A DNA stretch of 64,000 nt from NCBI GenBank assembly GCA_020350445.1, contig CP070717.1:3793904-3857903 (forward strand), given 5' to 3'. Each line of letters starts with the position of its first letter. Position 1 is the stretch's first letter. The notes under the pieces were generated by a model. That model was not told the origin of the DNA. It did no database searches and saw nothing but the letters and a program-made list of their open reading frames with translations. Position numbers and translations under genes: made by a program. Shown here piece after piece: positions 50,326 to 59,464 of the stretch. The stretch comes from Acidobacteriota bacterium. Lineage in GTDB: Bacteria > Acidobacteriota > UBA6911 > RPQK01 > JAPXNP01.

Positions 50326-50763
50326 CTAGAGCTTGGCAACTTCCGACAGACCGAGAGAGGCCGGTTCGGTGAAGAGTGCAGGTCCATTCAGGTCATCGTT
50401 CGAGACCTCCCAGCCGCCGTTGGGAACAGCAGTGCCTTCGGGGGTCGTCCGAATGGGGAATTTGAATCGTTTGAGGGTTCCGTTGCGAAACTTGAGTGTC
50501 CACATGATCGCGTCAGTGCTGCGCATGCAGGTCACACTCGCTCCGAGAGGCACAAAGTCAGCATAACCGCGGACTTCAACTGCCTGAGTGGGGCAAATCT
50601 TGACGCAGTTGTAACACTCCCAGCACATCGCAGGATCCCGTTTGTAGGCCTTCATGATGTCTGCATTGAGCACCATCAGGTCATTCGGGCAGATGTGCTG
50701 GCAAGCCGTTTTGTCGAGCGCCTTGCAGCCGTCGCACTTTTCAGGATTCACGTAGCTTGGCAT
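50326..50763 (-). CDS. aprB: Adenylylsulfate reductase beta subunit
   Basis: Start at MPSYVNPEKCDGCKALDKTACQHICPNDLM (GGAGGG RBS upstream), with a second cluster CWECYNCVKICP and a C-terminal tail. 146 aa. Confidence 0.85.
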   Translation of the reverse strand: MPSYVNPEKCDGCKALDKTACQHICPNDLMVLNADIMKAYKRDPAMCWECYNCVKICPTQAVEVRGYADFVPLGASVTCMRSTDAIMWTLKFRNGTLKRFKFPIRTTPEGTAVPNGGWEVSNDDLNGPALFTEPASLGLSEVAKL

Positions 50764-50989
50764 GTTCCCCTTCCCTCCTTGGTCTTGTTCTAATGTCTTC
50801 AGACACCAGTTGCGAAACCGTTGCGCAGAGACCCTTGCGAGTCGCCGCGGATACACCGTTACCGTTCTAATTTCAAAGCAATTTACATACCTATCAGAGG
50901 CAATGTAGAAAACCCGGGAATATTAAAGAGGGAGTTAAATTAAAACCGAATGCTGGGGCAATAGGCTCAGGATGGTGGGTTAAGTTCCA

Positions 50990-51090
50990 CATCGAAAGGG
51001 TTCAACCCGCTTGAGCCTCCGGGTCCCAGTTGTTGGAGGGGAGGTGAGACTGGCGTCCTGGGTGGAGAACTCAAGCGGGTATCGGCTGAA
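50990..51090 (-). promoter_or_regulatory. Structured segment in the long aprB upstream/leader region (nested inverted repeats)
   Basis: 10-bp inverted repeat cccgcttgag / ctcaagcggg separated by about 60 nt, with an inner cctcc/ggagg pair. It lies within the 440-bp intergenic region between arsR and aprB, which also holds an AT-rich stretch next to aprB. Confidence 0.25.
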
Positions 51091-51295
51091 GGAAGGGGAG
51101 CCTCGGCGCATTTCTGGTGGTGGCAACCAGAGGGGGGCGCAACTATCCGGCCGGCTTGGAGGAGATTGGCCGGCATAGCGGCTCGCAGGCGACCTTCCAG
51201 GGGGAGGAGAGTGATCTGCCTATTCCTTCCTTCAGACGAGTTGGGAAAGTCCACTGAATATCGATCGATCCCGGCTTGAAGAGCGGTCCAAAGCA

Positions 51296-51676
51296 TCATT
51301 CTGGACCTCCCTCAGCCTGGGAAGCGGTTCGAGAATTGAAGCGCTGACGCTGGCCAGGTTCAAAATGGAGCTGGCAGCAGCCCAGATTGATGGCGTTCAA
51401 TTTCCCGGGAACAAGGGTGCTCTCGGTGGCCCGGTAGATCACCGATTTTCCCTGGCGATCACCTTTGACCAGGCCTGCCTCGCGCAGGACCCTGAGATGG
51501 TGGGACAAAAGACTTTGTTCGACAAACAGCCTTTCGCTCAACTGGCCGACCGAGCAGGGTTCAAGCAAAAGCACCTCCATCACCGCCAGTCGTGTTCGGT
51601 CAGAAAGAACCTTTAGCTTGCCCGCACAATCGAGTTTCTTACTCAAATTGTCCACCTGTCGAGCGGTCCACCGCAC
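51296..51676 (-). CDS. ArsR/SmtB-family transcriptional regulator
   Basis: 126 aa with an ArsR-type wHTH (LSDRTRLAVMEVLLLEPCSVGQLSERLFVEQSLLSHHLRVLREAGLV). Located between sat and aprBA. Confidence 0.75.
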   Translation of the reverse strand: MRWTARQVDNLSKKLDCAGKLKVLSDRTRLAVMEVLLLEPCSVGQLSERLFVEQSLLSHHLRVLREAGLVKGDRQGKSVIYRATESTLVPGKLNAINLGCCQLHFEPGQRQRFNSRTASQAEGGPE

Positions 51677-51802
51677 CCCTCACATGAATACTAGTTCATG
51701 TGATATACAGAAATCAATGTCCTTTCGATCCCTTTCATTTACAAGTACGTTACTAGTCTGAATTGTGTCGTAACTTTTCCAAAAAAACTGAGTGAAAAAC
51801 AC

Positions 51803-53062
51803 TTATGTCAAAACCGCCTGAGACTGATAGTAGTGCATCAGGATTTCAGCGACTTCCGGTCTGGAAAACTCGACGGGCAATGGCTGCCCCTGCGACAACA
51901 TTTCGCGTACCTTGGTACCCGAAAGGAACACGTAATCTTCTTTCTTGTGATCGGGATGGTCACGCATCATGACCACCTTGTTGAGTCGCTTGGACCAGGC
52001 GGTGTGATCAGCTTCGAAGATCTCGATCTCAAGGGCCTCCTTTGGAACTTCATCATGGAAGATGGCCTGAGCATCGAACGGGCCGTAGTAGGAACCGACT
52101 CCGGCATGATCACGCCCAACGATCAGGTGGGTGCAGCCACTGTTCTGCCTGAAGACCGCATGAAGGACTGCCTCCCGGGGGCCGGCATAGAGCATGTCGA
52201 ATCCATAGCCCGTAATCAGCACTGTCTTCGGCGGGAAATACAGTTCCACCATCTTGCGGATACAGGCATCCCGAACGTCGGCAGGGATATCTCCCGCTTT
52301 GAGCTTTCCGAGAAGCATGTGAATGAGGATTCCGTCGGCCTTGACTGCTTCGTAAGCCATGCGGCAGAGCTCTTCATGGGCGCGGTGCATCGGGTTGCGG
52401 GTCTGAAACGCGACAACCTTCTCCCAGCCCAGAGCCGACATTTCAGCGCGAATCTGGTAGGCCGTGCGGAAGGTTTCCGGAAAATCGCTTTCGAAATAGG
52501 AGAAGTTCAAGACTTCGATCGGTCCCGAAATACAGGTCTTGCCGCTGCTGTTAAAGGCTGCGACACCGGGATGGTTCGGATCCTGGGTCCGGAAGATCTT
52601 TCCGGTCATCCGTTCCATCTCGTCCGAACTGAACTCTTCGACATCCATCACGGTCTGGATCGCGAGGATGGGGTTGCCGGGTACATTCGGATCCCGCAGC
52701 GCAATCCGTTTCGCTTTTCCAATCACCGAACCATCGGGAACGACATTGAGAATTGGGATAGGGAAAAAGAGGCCCGCTTTCGTGTGCATCGAGTCAGCGG
52801 TTGCCAGGGCGTCCGACCTGTCCATGAATCCGGTCAGGGGATTGAAGTATCCGCTCCCGAGCATTACGGCATTGGCTGCCGCTGCCGAAGAAACAGTCAG
52901 TGAAGGCAGTCCCGCCGCTTCCTCGAGCAGAGCTTTCCGGCGATTACTGTCCTGGATGTAAAGTGGGTTTAGTTCATCTGATCCATGCGGTCTGATCATG
53001 AGTTTGCGCTCCAATTCAGCTTCAGTTCTGGGTTCAGGAATCCGCTGCCGAGGGTCCTCCAT
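51803..53062 (-). CDS. sat: Sulfate adenylyltransferase (ATP sulfurylase)
   Basis: QTRNPMHRAHEEL and GRDHAGVGSYYGPFDAQ motifs. 419 aa if the first Met is used; the alternative start MIRPHGS is 21 codons downstream. Confidence 0.9.
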   Translation of the reverse strand: MEDPRQRIPEPRTEAELERKLMIRPHGSDELNPLYIQDSNRRKALLEEAAGLPSLTVSSAAAANAVMLGSGYFNPLTGFMDRSDALATADSMHTKAGLFFPIPILNVVPDGSVIGKAKRIALRDPNVPGNPILAIQTVMDVEEFSSDEMERMTGKIFRTQDPNHPGVAAFNSSGKTCISGPIEVLNFSYFESDFPETFRTAYQIRAEMSALGWEKVVAFQTRNPMHRAHEELCRMAYEAVKADGILIHMLLGKLKAGDIPADVRDACIRKMVELYFPPKTVLITGYGFDMLYAGPREAVLHAVFRQNSGCTHLIVGRDHAGVGSYYGPFDAQAIFHDEVPKEALEIEIFEADHTAWSKRLNKVVMMRDHPDHKKEDYVFLSGTKVREMLSQGQPLPVEFSRPEVAEILMHYYQSQAVLT

Positions 53063-53670
53063 TACCTGTCATGAGCATTATACGAGAAGACCCGCCGCGA
53101 ATTCCTGCTCTTGATTCTGGCGACGAACTTCAGCCGTCTGCGGTTGCCCGTCGTCTGATGGAGCCGAAGAGTTCAACATTCGGACCTACACCCCCCTCGG
53201 CCTTGCTCATTAAGCACCTCCTCCAAAGTGGGAGGGGATCTTCCGGTCCCCTCGGATCTACACCGTTGCGGTTTACAAAGGAAGCAAGATAGGGGCCACA
53301 GTAGAGTGCTCATCAGGAAATTGCAATCTGGCAGTAGCTCGGGCGGCTGAGGTCCCTCGGGCCGCCTCGCGTTGAAACGGTGTCGTGGGGCAATTAACCA
53401 AGCTGACTGGGTTAAACGACCCTTGAACGATCGGTCTGCAGGTGGCTGGGATCGTGATCGAAGGGGTGGCCTTCAGACGTCCTGTTTGGGAGCCAGAATC
53501 ACCTGTAGACGGCACCTCGACTGATCCTTATCATAAAGAAAACGGCCGAGGACTCTGTTGGTAACTGTCTTGCTTGATAGCAGAATAAAGTGGTGTTGTT
53601 CCCGAGCTTGCTGTTTCAGGCAACCGGGTTGGGTGTGGCATTCGACTCTGAATCGAAGGAAGGGTAGAAG

Positions 53671-55407
53671 ATGGGGCTCCTGAAGAAGAAAGACAAGAGC
53701 AAGTCGAAGGGTGCGATGTCGAGACTCTCCTCACGCAGGGGCGGAGGGGACATTTCGGGCCAGCGTCCGCAGATGGTTGAGAAGGTACCGCCATGTACAT
53801 TTAAGTGTCCAAGCGGAAACGACATTCGGGGTTGGCTGTCGGTTGTCGCGCACCGAAACAAGTTCGGGCTGTCACTGGATGAAGCGATGGATCGCGCCTG
53901 GAGAATCGAGGTGGAAACTAACCCGTTTCCTTCGATCATGGGGCGAATCTGTCCCCACCCGTGCGAATCCGCCTGTAACCGCAACGCAAAAGACGGTGCT
54001 GTCGAGATCAATTCAGTCGAACGGTCATTGGGCGACTGGGGTCTGGAGCGAGGACTACAGCTGTCCAGACTTGAGAACGGGGGGCCGCATACCCAAAAGG
54101 TGGCCGTGGTCGGTTCAGGGCCATCCGGGCTCTCCTGTGCCTATCAGCTCGCCCGTAGAGGCTATTCCGTTACGGTCTTCGAAGCTCTGGAGAAGCCGGG
54201 AGGAATGCTGCGTTACGGCATACCGGAATACCGGCTTCCCCGCGATGTCATCGATCGGGAAATCGAACGGATCGTAGCGCTGGGTGTCGAACTGAAGTGC
54301 AATACTTCCATCGGGGAAGAGATCAGCCTCGAGGACCTGCGTCGCGACTTTGACGCTGTCTTTGTGGGGATTGGGGCGCACAAGGGACGCACGATGGGCA
54401 TTCCCGGTGAGGAAGGGGTCGGGGTCTACAGCGGTACGGGATTCCTGAACCGTATCAACTCGGGGGAGAGGATCGACATCGGGCAGAAGGTGATCGTGGT
54501 CGGTGGCGGCGATACGGCGATCGACGCAGCTCGGGTCTCCCTGCGTCTGAGTTCGGACGTGGCCGGTGCTTCCCGTCGTCTTGGAGCCGAGGTCACCATA
54601 CTCTACCGGCGAACACGAGCGGAGATGCCGGCGATCGAGCGGGAGATCGAAGAGGCGCTTGAAGAGGGGATCCGGATTGAGTTTCTTGCCGCCCCGATCA
54701 AGGTCGTTCGAGACTCCTCTGGAGAGATTGAAAAGCTGGTCGTACAGCGGATGGAACTGGGGGAACCGGATGATTCCGGCCGCAGGCGTCCGGTGCCGAT
54801 CGAAGGCGATGTCTATGACCTGGAAGCCGATTCCTTGATCACGGCTGTCAGCCAGGAGCCCGACTGGTCAGCGCTCGGCGGTGTTCCCGGAGCGGGCTCG
54901 TGGCTCGAGATCGACAGCCAGGGCCGAACACCGGTGGAAAGTGTCTGGTCCGGCGGGGATGCTCTCCGGCTGGGGCTGGCTACGATCTCAATCGGGCAGG
55001 GTCGTCGAGCAGCGGAGAGTATTGATTCGACGCTGCAGGGCAGGACATGGGAAGAGGCATCGAAGCAGTCTCCGATCGGAACTGATCGAATCATGTTGGA
55101 CTGGTACGCCGCGATGCAGCCTGTCGAGCGAAAGGTCCTTTCTCCTGAAGAGCGACTGGCCCACCCGCTCGGCGAGGTGGACTTGGGGGTAACACGCGAA
55201 CAGGCACTCCAGGAGGTCCAGCGCTGTTTCAGCTGTGGCAAGTGCTTTGGCTGTGAGAACTGTTGGATGTACTGCCAGAACAACGGATTCATCCGTCTGG
55301 ACGATCCCCTGGCGAAAGGGCGTTTCTTCGATGTGAACATCGGGGTCTGCGACGGCTGTAAGAAGTGCTCCGAACAGTGTCCCTGTGGCTACATCGATAT
55401 GATCTAG
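53671..55407 (+). CDS. GltD-family NAD(P)H:acceptor oxidoreductase (glutamate synthase small-subunit / SudA/NfnB-like) with a C-terminal 2x[4Fe-4S] ferredoxin domain
   Basis: N-terminal Fe-S Cys (CTFKCPSGNDI, CPHPCESAC), FAD motif VAVVGSGPSGLSCAYQLA, NAD(P) motif VIVVGGGDTAIDAA, and C-terminal CFSCGKCFGCENC…CDGCKKCSEQCP. Confidence 0.7.
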   Translation: MGLLKKKDKSKSKGAMSRLSSRRGGGDISGQRPQMVEKVPPCTFKCPSGNDIRGWLSVVAHRNKFGLSLDEAMDRAWRIEVETNPFPSIMGRICPHPCESACNRNAKDGAVEINSVERSLGDWGLERGLQLSRLENGGPHTQKVAVVGSGPSGLSCAYQLARRGYSVTVFEALEKPGGMLRYGIPEYRLPRDVIDREIERIVALGVELKCNTSIGEEISLEDLRRDFDAVFVGIGAHKGRTMGIPGEEGVGVYSGTGFLNRINSGERIDIGQKVIVVGGGDTAIDAARVSLRLSSDVAGASRRLGAEVTILYRRTRAEMPAIEREIEEALEEGIRIEFLAAPIKVVRDSSGEIEKLVVQRMELGEPDDSGRRRPVPIEGDVYDLEADSLITAVSQEPDWSALGGVPGAGSWLEIDSQGRTPVESVWSGGDALRLGLATISIGQGRRAAESIDSTLQGRTWEEASKQSPIGTDRIMLDWYAAMQPVERKVLSPEERLAHPLGEVDLGVTREQALQEVQRCFSCGKCFGCENCWMYCQNNGFIRLDDPLAKGRFFDVNIGVCDGCKKCSEQCPCGYIDMI

Positions 55408-55599
55408 AACCGGTCCGGCAACGTATTGGAGTACTGCGGTGGGGTCCCAGGCCGCGCCGTGGTACTCCGGGTCTACCGCCTTCAAAGTATCCTTCCTACT
55501 CTTCACCGGATCTCTCCACCGGTTTCGAAAAAGTGACCGCTCATCTTCGCGACGGGCCGTTCGTGAGGAAATGGGCTCGCATCTGAGCCTCCGGGCTTT

Positions 55600-57603
55600 A
55601 TGATTGAGGTACGGAGCGAGAGTGAAACGATGAATCTGACCACAGCTGCAAGAACGACGACTAACTGGCCGTTCGTCCGTATCTGGGCGACATTCCTGGT
55701 GGCAATGGCTCTGCTGATCGGACCCTTGTCGATGTTCATCTTTGGCATGGTGTCCTTCAGTGGGCTCTTTGTCCTCTGGGTGAAATCGTCGAAAGGGGGG
55801 CTGCGTGAAGGGCTCTTTGTCGTCAATGGCGTCATGCTGCTGCTCTGCGTGATCTGGTTCGCTCTGAACGTGGTGCTCGAAGTCACTGGGTCGGGGGCCG
55901 GCCAGGCGTGGCTCTTCTCAGTCGCGTTTCTCTTTCCGCCCTTGATCTCGCACATGTTTTATCTCGAGAGCACCAAGACTTCAGGGCCCCGTTTGGGGGC
56001 GAAAATCCTGATCAGCCTCCTCTATGCCTTTGGTGCTTCAGCTTCGTTGGCGGTGGTGGCTCTACTACTGTTTCGTGGCCTCGAGGATGAGTCTGTCCTG
56101 TGGGTGCTCGGCTGGCTAATGGGGTCGATGTTCGTCTTGTTCGTCTTTTCGGGCCTGTTGAGCAGCTACTTCCTCAGCCGGTACGCTCCGGCCGGGGTCA
56201 AGAAGGCCGGCCTCTCCCAGCAGCGCCGGACCAACATCGTGCTGCTGTTGAGTATGGTCTTGGTGTTCGTCATTGTCATTGTCGCTGGAACGGGACGAAT
56301 GATCGGAGTGACCAACCTGCTGACGATTGTCTCGAGATCGCTGCCGCTCTTCTTTCTGTTTTTCAATACCTATTACGAGTCCCGCTTTGAGTTCTATGAT
56401 GTCTTCGTCAAAAGGGCGACCTTCTTCTTTCTGGTTCTGGCCGTGCTCTATGGTTACTTTTCATTGATTCATGTGCCGTTGTCCGGTCTTGAAGTCGAAT
56501 CCTCGCTCGCTCCCTGGATCTTTGCGATTGCGATCCTCCCGATCGCCATGGCGTTACCCTGGGGATACCGGCGGCTGGAAGAACTGTTTGATCGTGTCTG
56601 GCTGGGTAGAACCTATTCGCCGACTGAGGCGGTCACCTTCTTCCTCGAGGGTGTGCAGCATTGCACCACTCTGAGTGAGCTCCTGGCTGAGGCGGAGCGG
56701 CGCCTGGGGAGGATCTTTCAGGCGAAGACTCGAGTTCTAATCGATGATGAGCGAGATTGGGAACTCGACTTTCCTGCGGCACAGACGGTTGAACTCCGCC
56801 TGCGGGACGGCGTCACGGGCCAGGTGATCCTCGGATCCCGGCCGAGTGAGATGCCCTATTTTGCCGGGGACATGGCCCTCTTGGGCGCCCTGGTCGAAGT
56901 CCTCTCTTACTTACTCCAGAATGTCACTTTGCAGCAGCGGAAACAGGAGCAGGAGAAACGGGAACAGGAACTGGTACTGGATGCGAGTCGCTCGGAACTC
57001 AAAGCCCTGAGGGCTCAGATCAATCCCCATTTTCTATTCAATGCCCTCAACGCGATTGCGACTTTGACCCATCGGGATCCGGATCGCGCCGAGGAAACTG
57101 TAGAACAACTGGCCGAGGTTTTCCGTTATACATTGAGGCGGTCTGAAGAAGAGTGGGTGAGAGTGGAGGATGAGGTGGAGTTCATCCGCTCGTACCTGCA
57201 GGTCGAGAAGGCGCGGTTTGGGGACCGGTTGACGGTCCAGATTGAGGTAGATCCCGAGGTCGAAGGGTATCTCGTCCCAACGATGATGGTTCAGACGCTC
57301 GTGGAGAACGCGGTTAAGCACGGCGTCTCGGTAGTCAAGGAAGGGGCTGTGATCAGGATTTCGGCCCGTGCAACGGGGGACAGTCTGCTAATCGACGTCA
57401 TGGACAACGGACCGGGTGTGTCACCTCGTTCATCTACTTCTCGTGAGAGCGGATCCGCACGGTACGGTCTCGTGAACATCCAGACACGGCTCGAGGGTTA
57501 CTACGGAGAACGTGGTTCGTTCGAGCTTCTGCGGGATGAGAATCGGTTTACCATCGCTCGGATCCGGATCCCGATGTCCGCGCGGGATTGGGTGGCTTCA
57601 TGA
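55600..57603 (+). CDS. Membrane sensor histidine kinase, LytS/YehU type (5TMR-LYT-like N-terminus + His_kinase + HATPase_c)
   Basis: About 330-aa polytopic N-terminus, then LRAQINPHFLFNALNAIATL (His_kinase PF06580-type H-box) and an ATPase domain (VENAVKHG … DNGPGV). Confidence 0.75.
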   Translation: MIEVRSESETMNLTTAARTTTNWPFVRIWATFLVAMALLIGPLSMFIFGMVSFSGLFVLWVKSSKGGLREGLFVVNGVMLLLCVIWFALNVVLEVTGSGAGQAWLFSVAFLFPPLISHMFYLESTKTSGPRLGAKILISLLYAFGASASLAVVALLLFRGLEDESVLWVLGWLMGSMFVLFVFSGLLSSYFLSRYAPAGVKKAGLSQQRRTNIVLLLSMVLVFVIVIVAGTGRMIGVTNLLTIVSRSLPLFFLFFNTYYESRFEFYDVFVKRATFFFLVLAVLYGYFSLIHVPLSGLEVESSLAPWIFAIAILPIAMALPWGYRRLEELFDRVWLGRTYSPTEAVTFFLEGVQHCTTLSELLAEAERRLGRIFQAKTRVLIDDERDWELDFPAAQTVELRLRDGVTGQVILGSRPSEMPYFAGDMALLGALVEVLSYLLQNVTLQQRKQEQEKREQELVLDASRSELKALRAQINPHFLFNALNAIATLTHRDPDRAEETVEQLAEVFRYTLRRSEEEWVRVEDEVEFIRSYLQVEKARFGDRLTVQIEVDPEVEGYLVPTMMVQTLVENAVKHGVSVVKEGAVIRISARATGDSLLIDVMDNGPGVSPRSSTSRESGSARYGLVNIQTRLEGYYGERGSFELLRDENRFTIARIRIPMSARDWVAS

Positions 57604-58727
57604 GTAGCTTGAATCGAACCGGACGCATCCGGACGCTGCTGGTTGATGACGAGGTCCTGGCCCGTCAGAGGCTCAGGGATCTGCTCGATCATTTCGCCGT
57701 AATCGAGATTGTGGGGGAAGCGGAGAATGGCGACCAGGCGATCGAGCGGATTGCTTCGCTGCAACCCGATCTGGTGTTTCTCGACATTCAGATGCCCGGT
57801 CGGAATGGCCTGCAGGTCGCGACAGGCCTGATGCCTCCTCGACCGGCGGTCGTTTTCTGTACTGCCTTTGATCAGTATGCGGTCGACGCCTTCGAGCAGA
57901 ATGCCGTCGACTATCTGCTCAAGCCGGTTTCGCGAACCCGTCTGGCGCGCTGTCTCGAGCGAATCGCTGAGAGGCTCGGACGCACGACGGAAGCCGATCC
58001 CGATTTGCAGAGGGCTGAGGAGACTCAGGCCCGTCTGTTTCCTCAGACCCTGCCGGTCCTCGAGAGTCTTGAAGATGCTGGGGCGTGTGTCCCCGCCCGG
58101 CGCGTTGGAGGCGATTACTATGATTTCCTTTCCCTTGGAGGAGACCGGTTAGGCCTGGCCCTGGCCGACGTCTCGGGGAAGGGGCTTTCGGCAGCTCTCC
58201 TGATGGCGAGTTTACAGGGTAGACTGCAGAGTTCCGCTGTCACGGCACCGTCGGTCGGGAACCTCGTTCGGGGTTTGAATCGGGCGATGTGCGCTTCGAC
58301 CGACAGTGGGAGGTTCGTCACCCTTTTTTACGGTGTTTACAGTGACCAGAGTCGGATTCTGACCTATACGAATGCCGGTCACAATCCGGCAGTGCTGGTG
58401 CGGCCCGACGGAAGCTGGCAGCCGGAAGTCAAGGAGTTGACCTCAAACAGTATCGTCATTGGAGTTTTTCCCGATGCAGGCTATGCGGAGGAGTCGATCG
58501 TGATCGAGCCGGGAGACTACCTGGTCCTGTACACCGATGGGGTCACCGAAGCGATGGATGGGGCGGGTAGTGAGTTCGGCCTCGATCGGTTGAAGGAGAG
58601 TATCGTTGAGAATCTCGGTGATACCCCGGCAGAACTCTGTCATAAACTGAAGTGTGAGGTCATGGACTATTCGGGAGGGGAGGGCCTCCACGACGATCTG
58701 ACCCTGGTGGTAGCGAGAGGAGTGTAA
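57600..58727 (+). CDS. Response regulator with receiver domain fused to a PP2C/SpoIIE-type phosphatase domain
   Basis: REC (LLVDDEVLARQRL…DLVFLDIQMPGRNG…DYLLKP) followed by GGDYYDF…ADVSGKG…YTNAGHNP…LYTDGVTEA, typical of SpoIIE/RsbU phosphatases. Start placed at MSSLN. Confidence 0.7.
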   Translation: MSSLNRTGRIRTLLVDDEVLARQRLRDLLDHFAVIEIVGEAENGDQAIERIASLQPDLVFLDIQMPGRNGLQVATGLMPPRPAVVFCTAFDQYAVDAFEQNAVDYLLKPVSRTRLARCLERIAERLGRTTEADPDLQRAEETQARLFPQTLPVLESLEDAGACVPARRVGGDYYDFLSLGGDRLGLALADVSGKGLSAALLMASLQGRLQSSAVTAPSVGNLVRGLNRAMCASTDSGRFVTLFYGVYSDQSRILTYTNAGHNPAVLVRPDGSWQPEVKELTSNSIVIGVFPDAGYAEESIVIEPGDYLVLYTDGVTEAMDGAGSEFGLDRLKESIVENLGDTPAELCHKLKCEVMDYSGGEGLHDDLTLVVARGV

Positions 58728-58732
58728 AACCG

Positions 58733-59461
58733 GTGAAGTTGCACACGATCGTTGTCGACGATGAGGAGCTTGCTCGAGAGCGATTGAAGACACTGCTGCG
58801 GCCTTTTGAAGCGATTGAAGTTGTCGGCGAAGCGGGCAATGGGGAGGATGCCATCGAACTGATCACCAAACTCGATCCCGACCTCGTCTTTCTCGATATC
58901 CAGATGCCCGGCTGCAGTGGAATCGAAGTCGCGGCATCGCTGCCGGAAGCTGGACCGCGAGTCATCTTCTGTACGGCCTACGATCAGTATGCGATCGATG
59001 CATTCGAAGTCGAGGCGGTCGATTACCTGCTGAAGCCCGTGAGCCGGGCTCGGTTGGCCGCTGCAGTCGAGAAGGTCGAGCGTGAACCGGCCGCCGGAAG
59101 GGGAATTGAGCGGGTGTTCGAAGGGGCCTCACCGAACCGGTTCCTGGGGAAGAGAGGCAACCGTTTCTTCGTTGTAGCTCGTGAGGATGTGCACTATTTC
59201 TTCTCGGAAGGTGGGCTGACCCAGCTTTGGACGAAGGATGTGTCCTACTGGATGGAGCCGAGTTTGAACCAATTAGAGAACCGGCTGGCCGGGACTCTTT
59301 TCTTCCGCGTATCCCGCCAGGCGCTGGTCAACCTCGACGCGATCGATGAGGTCATCCCCTTGGTCGGGGGGCATGGGCAGGTCAAGCTGCGTTCAGGGAA
59401 GATTCTGGACGTCAGCCGGAGGCGGTTGAAGGAACTGCTTGTCCGGCTGGAAGGAGAGTGA
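58733..59461 (+). CDS. LytTR-family two-component response regulator (REC + LytTR DNA-binding domain)
   Basis: REC domain (IVVDDEELARERL…DLVFLDIQMPGCSG…DYLLKP) and LytTR C-terminus (…FFVVAREDVHYFFSEGGLTQL…). GTG start. Confidence 0.8.
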   Translation: MKLHTIVVDDEELARERLKTLLRPFEAIEVVGEAGNGEDAIELITKLDPDLVFLDIQMPGCSGIEVAASLPEAGPRVIFCTAYDQYAIDAFEVEAVDYLLKPVSRARLAAAVEKVEREPAAGRGIERVFEGASPNRFLGKRGNRFFVVAREDVHYFFSEGGLTQLWTKDVSYWMEPSLNQLENRLAGTLFFRVSRQALVNLDAIDEVIPLVGGHGQVKLRSGKILDVSRRRLKELLVRLEGE

Positions 59462-59464
59462 GGG

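Noticed and set aside
50967-51299. 110-aa ORF in the arsR–aprB intergenic region
   Set aside because: It spans the inverted-repeat-rich leader region and its Pro/Ser/Gly-rich translation is not protein-like. I interpret the region as a regulatory or structured RNA element instead.
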